IMG/VR virus record: IMGVR_UViG_3300030107_003448
Coordinates: 1 to 64,000 of that record
DNA length: 64,000 bases
DNA from: a virus
Direction: 5' to 3' (one strand)
A model generated the notes under the pieces. The model was given only the letters and a program-made list of their open reading frames with translations, was not told the DNA's origin and ran no database searches. This document shows, one piece after another, positions 60,401 to 64,000 of this stretch. The translations under genes and the position numbers were made by a program. Numbering within the stretch: the first letter of the stretch is position 1; every line of letters begins with the position of its first letter.

Positions 60401-62565
60401 GACCTCCGTTCAATAGGCCACGTTGGGCATTAAGTGTAAGAGGAATAGATGAAGCAGGCGGTAGCGCCACTAGTCCACATTTATTAGCAGGTTATGGGCA
60501 TGGTCCTTTTGTTGCTCAAGATAATTTAACAAGCGGGTGGAAAGAAAATGCCCATGCTAATTTAGGCACAACAGATGTAAATTGGAGTGCTACTACTACA
60601 GGTATTCTGGAGAGACAGACACAAGCCAGCGCTATGTTACAGAACGACCAATTAGGTAAACAAGTAAGATATAGTGAAGGTAGGCGTATTACTCGACCAT
60701 TTGGTTGTCCTGTAAGAACAATACGTAATGCTTCTACTATGAGGAAGAAATTCCCGGGCGACAATAGAGGAAAAGATATTGATGAATTAGCCGATGCTCA
60801 TCGTTTCTATATGATAGATTGGTGGGGTAATACTCGTGGTGAAGATGTGCGTAGATTCCCTGCACGTGGATTTGGTATACGCCCTGCTTGGGACCCACAA
60901 GATGTATACACACACGCAGGTAATACTACTAATCCTCAACTCCATGAGACTACTGTTATGTTATATCCTGCTGGTCTTAGTGATTGGTCTAGTGTGGGTG
61001 GAGTTGTTGCGGCGACCATCAGTGCAGGTGGTAGTGGATATAGTGCAGCCACAGCAGCAACAACTGGAGGAAGTGGAACAGGCTGCACTGTTACTTATAC
61101 AATAAGTGGCTCTGCTGTTAATGGTATTACTGCTTTTGCTACAAGAGGAACTGGATATGTAGTAGGCGATGTATTAACTATTTCTGGTGGTGGTGGTAAT
61201 GCAACAATTACAATAACTACTTTAGATGATTATCCAAGTGAACAACAAGGTAATGCTAATTCTGGTAACCAAGTAGGGCTGTCTCCTTCTGATATGAAAG
61301 TAGATTGGTTTAATCCTTTATCTGCACATAGAGTAGGAGATAGAGGGGATGGTAGAGGAGTTAGATGGTCTACTGCATTTAATGAAAATTTATTACAAGA
61401 AATTGATGTGCCTGTATTAACTACTGGTCTAGTAGTTTCACATAGCACAGCAGAGCCCCCATTTGGTACAGGATATTTACGGCCTTCAAATGATATATTA
61501 GGGGCTAAAGAGTTGCCTCGTGGTATTAGTAGTAGATTAGGTATTGCTGAACATGGTTTATTAAAACCAGAGGCTAATGTTAGTGAAAATGTAGAAACAT
61601 TAACTGGCACATTTACTAGTGGTGGTGAAACTTTAGCAGACCCATTCTCTCGTGGTGCACCTCGTATTGGTCTTGATGCTGATACAGTCTCTGAATTAAG
61701 TGGAGGTCAAGAAATAGACCACATAGGTATATCTACACAAGCCTATAGTTTACACACTGATACAGAAGTAGGACAGAGATTATCTATTAGAGGTGCTATT
61801 GATAGTGGAGATGAAAGTGTAACTTTAGATAACTTTGATTTAACATCTTTGTCTTTTGCTACAAATCCTACTAATAGTGTTGTAAGAGTTTCTAATGCGC
61901 ACGCAATATGGGCTTTAGGTGGAACATATATTTTAGAAGCCAAGAGTTATGCTGGTACATTTAATGATGCTGAATGGGGAGAAGGAAGTGCATCTAGTTC
62001 TTCTAACCCATATCAAGATTCTAACCATGACCCTACTACTGGCACAGGAGTTCAAACAAATCGTGCAGATAAAACAATTAGATTCTTAATGAGACCATTC
62101 CGTAGATTAGATAATAGGCATATAGAACTATTTAGACCAAAAGGAATGAACACAGGTCCACAAGTAAATAATGATGGTTATCGTGCTACAGCAGGTGGTA
62201 AATATGGATTGTTTAATTATGATATGCCTAATGCTCGTAGTGGCACAATCAATCCGACTAACCCTCCTTATCAACCATCTTATACATTCAATACTAGTGG
62301 TGTAATTACTTCAACAGGACCAAAAATACCCGGTGCTGATGTATCAACTATGGGCTTAAGCACTACAGTAGGTCGTATTATCATAAGTGAAAATACATTA
62401 GAACACTTTAGGTCTGATGCTCCTCGTAGAACAGCCGTTAAAGACGATGGTTCAAGTGCCACTAGAACAGACTATACAGTTCAACCACGACATAGTCAAA
62501 CATTACATCCGAAAGGTGAATCGGGCACAGATAGTTTTAACACAGGAGACCACAGTGCGGAGTGA
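45463..62565 (+). CDS. Giant 5700-aa tail/adhesion protein with N-terminal LamG/concanavalin-like domain and repeated beta modules
   Basis: TIEAWVKP, HVVG, LFINGTL, IFIGG, FRGAIESVHLS, IWRFEE; three (S/A)GGSG(Y/H)...GYxVGDVL modules; uninterrupted 17.1-kb ORF. Confidence 0.8.
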   Translation: MVVVSKAGHALVLNGISDGIIIPDSHFSHTGIQSERGDFSGPSIDNVALNTQSDTTGIGRLHTLTIEAWVKPDCGGVVLSKDGLFELKVGQVGEPGPAVLTAHMNNPHQNKTIIVASAIKNTGTPRWEGTVFPRHGVDVHGSYNSDASATIATGLNIGHRELLHVVGLISSNKVALFINGTLMAQELLPTGDFMLDFSSSDIFIGGKGGEFRGAIESVHLSRGFDAQILKPDPPIINNNTIAIWRFEEPAEVHNTVYQSGGETAAADGSTKTVSLSTADAQSLIATITGNAYDSTSPSLDLTASPYSSGNYKVMDLVSAPASPTTILVPHTPYNILFNPDGLNLSTKKPNQKPPERLRLLGINGSTGVISVESIHLDFSIAGARRGLLHSKTANVDDHFVLISGDLLIDGGTGQPYQPPHYGSQVIDRTGQMVIDEGNFQYHGLIYSSRMATTTTDSDNPYAVVWPSIDTKFQMGHTGRHTLSIQEGHHYLRQLPTPNNEIIHQSTDASADIAEIYFDASHKGLESVIPINSRLDIYRESLISPVSNIINSSWAFGLVDNGKAEGSGRELLAIGGVGAKTGIGQTIFDYTPFLLKGPIEAPSMSHDFTNYRKHHLRPITKSRIAILSVPSLNDASFVGAGNQIAPFVQIHYNAVDITGQSVGCKDSGVEIDNGGGYTAGTATSMQVSTVDIRTKFVVGDAVFTSNGDLLGVITAIPDGTHFTIGAGTNVAVADNDNLFSINPFLLIEKTVPSADTVLNSTGPVTVYDAILNDLADAAKDTQLYAPGGLITLDTSNSDGQLPDVELESLFQSDPEEGIHNEDELNESLTPQNYSLVHPSDVAKANPQLINAEHTTIAHDAVFHRLVINQQNIDLINQLTESANYFRRNSSITGSGAGGYDIGNTSAASHLNESFDIISARKIDGMESQSKQFLIHPSDRARFSQLTKLNTTNSRPEEPNIVSIQYLMTKTRATSISSQEGSSDRQVEMICTGLIGDAGAIGIDVLGSGAPDSHAIKEVMPGAPVVTVTLGGPGQGAVNTKPTYDPSPFTRLGWNTRKDCGAIITNIAATGGTVAWTVAPLNNASTDLASWGTYCFPRVGRIYLENGAHAAYNAKSGASFTMDGTASGLASSGKYIKPDGTPADGYAEWLVACGLTANSKCNFKVFVDGSFGEDTVCNDGSTINDRMFQTMDSVTHDYQLGTQYASTRSLVEIPIFPDLLFTNTERCINPGPDNSLKLHIDATYTAHNWAPSPVGRRCPSYSPRDRTAFGVSGHKISLQSSLKGAHITGDPYLNGGDLRLPVSNYSLFQNSTTTPTTLGGKNLSTRYFKAFLANGEWATYTTSHSGGYLILTNGPSTDVGKDMSDNFLETVEPGMSIFPGPSLINDNLMPIRDHPTVASAAYEGRSSYYYNRSNVQTQGGNIDYGLRQYVSAIELKAGPRENPHLPKTKNKRARSTVVSWTAGSHLLILDDASDFPLGGTTLLYLNGATHQFQYRVAYIDTSGNEQTAHYKAEAVTGNNIILSSGLYSGSWNPPVGTEIYVKDFHNITANKYPEVIEEIPLSNAWLNPYAAGGLREGDTVWMNMHYTNPHAVEGLFCKSHGVFDESKVHTMFNGGEGLFTTTPRSSIPMENFLIGNTCLETAKNLVQHINQTVTKNFETLGRKKTFTDNTCDTNHTSGLSDGTTTSVRHITHTANSNIVAGLLVSGTGIPDGAYITAINTATCFTISADTSATNTNTTLTFTTPTHAPVAFLDPYQATETFARVLLYDVSQDREFIAMQDLHMQVQTSPQTPKLGSPASYLVSGPAAFDGTPVSANYSTEIDVANGFPSQVKSHSPTAASEYIESAYTHSAHWNQYAPVGLSAGFEHTINSFSCLGDFGHARVKESACCPDTAYLTHAYRQSGAAETSETIYSTTFDTPMGTRVIPSFLCLKGIRNEALDLSQYADTKLQYLPQWTQMDFVRRLTVDLGEIGLREGVTDIEAAINEVVRLINQAGALKGRTHARRPASQYPGETDRLDIDNVGPNPDVSHSDSDASAPHLSADFSATGSTHDPAPFWENSISFASHDRGSHMGYVRAHVGRVVEDSDGNEGYTIVIHSTIPGASGRNFCIWLDNSKGQSAYKPQFLIGHGGRFRNFWCRPDEMTLENMHPAPMPINKDGRPFAPITTLKEILPPEESTDEYVNNLYLGKGVLSTAGASSDGTENANTVGVTGNHQNTVYDESYETQGTESVLVEGLRAGTPALARINFGGMVMAGIPGWSPKAGQWGCGRTGNTRYLAAYGQTTVGGFNYVKYNSSTNGHVPSDDYKDENIGNGNLYGIKLTDHLGRTHIIRFIYSQFEESFTNDLTELPPTIDQEICIWFDDRDVGQGGFTIGRHMLGEGDVCAKSALSVNDEFVGNKWGPYPSPFVGLGVTASTAWDAANTKLTVVLAAPYDTSSALGAHPDILGYMGFPDSGVLQYNGNSKSGVTLSYTSRTHNNENGPHVFYGVTGNGALAHNQAGNITSRINWNTLLTDEIIAAAVEFAINMDDPNSISVTKTRFDCTEMYAADGKKLKDWGLTKNSIRIRAHSKTSRVTPLNCLFEATTAKDWGIHASTILAEHGTAETSETRIPTGYLPATVLNLKTRYYGTNANTATPVVVDSANNVIDTTVWKDNLRGTRFIDTPGDLIIPRIDSPSVEIDGSTHSAGEVQTTNGDSFWHVLRPTSTGGFGERKRIWWNEKEWALVTGSVQSGPRHQFDWPTTAEQAISANWETELTDLGTNAALVYTHTNIEHANEFDGLRLTGNTGGEPLVYFRGARDSVDHEVPLYFGGGFSGVTLDINDGTQNDYSDFYTHPYANGPTGSTGLQNIGEKSTSYCLLDAHAMLAMFPGTPYLDDHKGQNNPPYFNQNSILSHDMAGGAMTHPDGNTRYGAVARGSRSVSKYVPVTVPSPIVLRFSHPHARYHPALFSEGGYQDSDTYSMYVVFGPGQSFPMNNAVSTEPQVGIFHALSGNMWSSTPPYSDWTGGGTPESTYLPNLLVCGGGDHISMAGSLDVYLPPSNNQQRGNLAGWNYEMNWEPAQGMPNLITEINSATSSIRYGFDQGANEGRYYGNHFKAPTTNSTSPPFSHPFDSPALNSVPASTSVIRTSGFKWHMDGGYHPGGHWLDNCVLKNTYQPIANAPIPNKFTSGSSPGDKGTPYPAAFRVGSLLTAAYMNSDSAQAASGDTTGNDVILIDATRCQNAEELATVISCAINEFPGKAGLKSLGGTFLPSFQNSHKQDKYGWVPLLGENASYTEGTSIPNGHVTITNPNGGGSTVMPPIPRYGWIRTVRGGNHGPIVGDYSAGATGTFAPYVAVDSTTTAGDLKFILGANGGGHMKFCDPISTTATPPYVTAATLNAELDHGVYVWSKTGNWIYNNGRPTGRMSKNADTSSAINANSQDHMCHVHFNGLTDAIDRTRPIGAIGWHGERYSYLNSLILDNGAPVAGTAVYSAGLGAWYSELGFSPYGSMTTCNSIASKVSRNDNQQLFPAQCPSGLSSRHLIAVTYESEMAIVAKAMQDGQVCGGDWLYKAQAVGTGTTSAVTPPNTTAGTRKWSPNIQNLSRYTAPATGGPNVEAQFIKDQIQPYQAGVITGLTITSGGSGYSAGTADLTGGSGSGASITYTVNSGAVNAITAIASAGTGYQIGDVLTVGGGGGNATVTVSAGTGYWSSEVTTTAHLLHPVISADGGASEGVLSTPCASPTGDLFWEESTVVGNRFHVDDNNYRVKCTENTDANFNAVEDDTDPWGYWKDKSAGRNFNVEHIVWKRMDGGNLTMPASNARGLGAVPWLWRGTPGYAGSYKTGETIYGNCRFSFETTNSAMFPIIQAQELSHPQLAEQHPFELRNILMIPNEDLQFESMEVIDDTGQTHTIEGGSPLGTIIRDFEKISDRGSEGLSPSLANSGLAPNMKIQLPHPDAIPGNIVVRSGFDRIQSYQNETIGSGGMMHPAQPEQGVKDMFAEPDSALGPRTWPTWENKGWEHISQDADDVSIEAGKTRLSFPDTHSQGWPNHTNDNPLETAYEQHDRTLYFHITKMGHTSTSREPTCISTSTGMVESQTITYSSHNASAGTLTASATINANIFKAETGTSDSRYFARVEDSTGQGAVFSFTNTSSANFTGVKFEPNFETFIAGKTGLTIKPSYYVPAGSTRFFAARRLRDHCEISGNSPDMRKLPWHTIINDAADAFSAIIVPETMMTPMPIPRMGHHYVTPTMSFMPGHFTHPFYENAFSLQFGCSNANVSPEEDKYTQSALDPDTGVHPVINNISTHNPLVWFSTPSSPYRPSDIHGGAFTLLTETKVAYDGYGIAASKGDAGTENATGRHILYLEAASSYSLKSHFPDPMEVGAYQIIIQPNVHKQQLQGFHNNHGTATKGPDEGGTKVVELTGQQVNLVVGISHDPGGTVNPDGSIALLLAEATMADTRGCEIFINEVMLDFSPDSGEQFTNIPPLGLYNPLGVNENTSPPFSRKSLPYRPGTFDRATPGYTITVPWWAILHRERPPAPGASANTTAGFRHLEWHKPDDYYQFCRATYGAIGAQITLAGYPSLYADTYAPHQNLRSLNPHCKVLSATLDSGSGIGGVGTIVVDNNETFPVYPYYGEILEYIDYLGVRQRATYATRDGHLGSNITNGPAIFKNVTALTLDFWPNIVSVPKMKDGIIKLSRPYDNFVTGDIFTKSTSSAITRVLPQTLHGTRDTNSLHMGDAYLCLWHPNLGRPYTFYSDNTSRSFQVYAAVDASVNKNPYNAPPEHFETIHYHDFLYSISKGPFGFHMGATDPEGDGTYAEMKGLLTGTITAGGSGHAATDVLTLTAGTGFLGTSATVTVSTVSTGAVTAFAITTAGAGYSVGDVLSQTATTGSGSSFQLTITAIGSFDSTKVPQGDATRHYTGFWPGGSRGGPGASRLDGYGYIKAGWGDNDFGMDCKPYALDGGVAGGIARSTHATLLAAGDNIHGRQFCFGYRFAVRPPFNRPRWALSVRGIDEAGGSATSPHLLAGYGHGPFVAQDNLTSGWKENAHANLGTTDVNWSATTTGILERQTQASAMLQNDQLGKQVRYSEGRRITRPFGCPVRTIRNASTMRKKFPGDNRGKDIDELADAHRFYMIDWWGNTRGEDVRRFPARGFGIRPAWDPQDVYTHAGNTTNPQLHETTVMLYPAGLSDWSSVGGVVAATISAGGSGYSAATAATTGGSGTGCTVTYTISGSAVNGITAFATRGTGYVVGDVLTISGGGGNATITITTLDDYPSEQQGNANSGNQVGLSPSDMKVDWFNPLSAHRVGDRGDGRGVRWSTAFNENLLQEIDVPVLTTGLVVSHSTAEPPFGTGYLRPSNDILGAKELPRGISSRLGIAEHGLLKPEANVSENVETLTGTFTSGGETLADPFSRGAPRIGLDADTVSELSGGQEIDHIGISTQAYSLHTDTEVGQRLSIRGAIDSGDESVTLDNFDLTSLSFATNPTNSVVRVSNAHAIWALGGTYILEAKSYAGTFNDAEWGEGSASSSSNPYQDSNHDPTTGTGVQTNRADKTIRFLMRPFRRLDNRHIELFRPKGMNTGPQVNNDGYRATAGGKYGLFNYDMPNARSGTINPTNPPYQPSYTFNTSGVITSTGPKIPGADVSTMGLSTTVGRIIISENTLEHFRSDAPRRTAVKDDGSSATRTDYTVQPRHSQTLHPKGESGTDSFNTGDHSAE

Positions 62566-62569
62566 TAAT

Positions 62570-64000
62570 ATGGCTTTAGTAAAAAATACCAATACAGGCA
62601 GGTCTGATGCAGACCAACCTAGTGCTATGAAACATATTCGTTCTCCAGTATTTGTTGATAACTGTATACATTATGCTATTTATTCCACAGATTCTACTAG
62701 TAAGAAAATGAAAGTTACACCATCCACGGGCGGGGAATTTCAACTAACTCATGACCGTTCTTATCTAACTGTTGAAGAAGAAAGCGCTATCAGATTGGTC
62801 CATAATCCTATATCGGGTCACAATTATACAGGAAGTGTGTTTTTCAATGATGGAAAATTGACTAGCACAGCCACTATTCCTTCTATTCTATATGGAGCAG
62901 AAGATGACTCTTTACGTCTAGTAGGTAAAGAGTTAGAAAACGCTACTATAGGTTCTCGTTTAATACTAAATAACATGAAAGGTAGGAATTTGTTTGGTAT
63001 AGGTTTCGATGAGACCCATGTTAGATTAGGACAAGAAATAGATATAGGGTTAAGAACCACAGACCTTGCTTTAAAATTAGCAGAACCTACTATGGCTAAA
63101 ATATTACCTTCTGTTAACATTTCAGATAAAAATAAAATCTCTACAACTAACGAAGAACGCATAAAACACAGTCGTAAATTTTTATCCCAAGATTTCTATG
63201 GTGTTAATTTAGTAACAGCCTTAAGATATGTAGGTAGACATGATGGGCGCATTTTATACAATGACCGTTGGGGTAATTTGTTATATTTACCGTTCCGTTC
63301 TGGTGGTAAGGGTAGAACAATGCAAGGTTGGTATTCGTTTGGTAACCAAACTAAAACTTCTGTAGAAAATAGCCCAAATCGAATCACTGTATTAGGTAAA
63401 CAAAGAGCATTAAACCATCTTGCCCATGTTACTATGGATGACCGCTCTAATCAAACTGTAAAAGATGGAAGTAATATAATAAAAGAAGGTCCTCCGATAA
63501 ATGACCCTAGTGTTAAAAATTTATCTTCTGCTAGAAGGGTAGCAAGACAAATTTTACGCTCTCATGATGCTATGAAAAATAAAAAAGCACAAACAGGGGT
63601 TCCACATTCTTGGGATATTAAAGCAGGGGATGTAGTTAGGTTTGAAGGGACAGCAAGTGGTGCTGAAATAGTTACAATTTCTCGTGCTACCCATCGTTTA
63701 CAGGAAAAGAAAAGTGATTTTGAATTTTTATCTTTATCTACAGGCGTAGAGGGCGTGTTACAAGGCGTGACTGAAAGCGCTTTGTCTATGGGTGATTTAA
63801 TGGAAGATAATATAGTGCAATCACAAGAAGAAAATTTCAGTTTCTTTATGGGTATAGAAATTAAGATTAATTTATACATGAGACAAAGAGTTGTCTCTGT
63901 TAAAGGGAAAAGGCTTGGTTCTCATAATGGAAGTATTATTGGGCGTAAACGTCAAACTAATTATGCAGCAGAAACTGATAATAATGGAGAAACAATGGGC
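62570..64000 (+). CDS. Baseplate hub/tail-tip-like protein, truncated by window end
   Basis: GGAGTGA SD, ATG 62570 (MALVKNTNTGRS...); frame stays open to 64000; ILYNDRWGNLLY..PNRITVLG..IKAGDVV hub-like pattern. Confidence 0.6.
   Translation, partial: MALVKNTNTGRSDADQPSAMKHIRSPVFVDNCIHYAIYSTDSTSKKMKVTPSTGGEFQLTHDRSYLTVEEESAIRLVHNPISGHNYTGSVFFNDGKLTSTATIPSILYGAEDDSLRLVGKELENATIGSRLILNNMKGRNLFGIGFDETHVRLGQEIDIGLRTTDLALKLAEPTMAKILPSVNISDKNKISTTNEERIKHSRKFLSQDFYGVNLVTALRYVGRHDGRILYNDRWGNLLYLPFRSGGKGRTMQGWYSFGNQTKTSVENSPNRITVLGKQRALNHLAHVTMDDRSNQTVKDGSNIIKEGPPINDPSVKNLSSARRVARQILRSHDAMKNKKAQTGVPHSWDIKAGDVVRFEGTASGAEIVTISRATHRLQEKKSDFEFLSLSTGVEGVLQGVTESALSMGDLMEDNIVQSQEENFSFFMGIEIKINLYMRQRVVSVKGKRLGSHNGSIIGRKRQTNYAAETDNNGETMG

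Noticed and set aside
5727-63879. Numerous 60-160-aa minus-strand and alternate-frame ORFs in the track
   Set aside because: They lie within long plus-strand genes and are shadows of codon bias; only 4618..4779, 4776..5060 and 12539..12793 occupy their own space

Overview
The window is a 64-kb, AT-rich, densely coding, almost entirely plus-strand segment of a tailed dsDNA virus (Caudoviricetes). GGTGA-type Shine-Dalgarno (SD) sites, TATA-like boxes about 25-30 nt before SD-less starts, an AbrB-type regulator and many Zn-finger microproteins point to an archaeal host. The best guess, from memory of the capsid/portal type and not searched, is a magrovirus-like virus of Marine Group II (Poseidoniales). 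Layout: non-coding structured/repeat region (1-510); accessory region with an HMG-CoA lyase and small membrane/Zn-finger genes (515-8403); membrane proteins plus an Arf/Rab-like small GTPase (8436-12560); probable TerS, large low-complexity proteins, TerL, a LAGLIDADG protein, portal, scaffold-like proteins, a 1930-aa protein with a degenerate DNA-ligase domain, prohead protease and major capsid protein (12856-34153); head-tail joining genes, tail tube, chaperone with a -1 frameshift, short repetitive tape measure, a 5700-aa tail protein and a truncated baseplate gene. No replication genes, tRNAs or CRISPR arrays were seen. Main candidate new system: a short peptide tag, (GE/SE/MR)P-[MLIF]-D-x-A-[WMF]-x-[LFV]-L-K, occurs 11-12 times in 8-9 otherwise unrelated proteins, at N-termini or between domains. 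It ends in the same LLK-S/A/G signature as the capsid pro-peptide, which suggests a capsid-loading and maturation-cleavage signal for injected cargo. Several of these proteins also carry archaeal PIP-box-like motifs. Second candidate: a virus-encoded Arf-like GTPase with membrane proteins.
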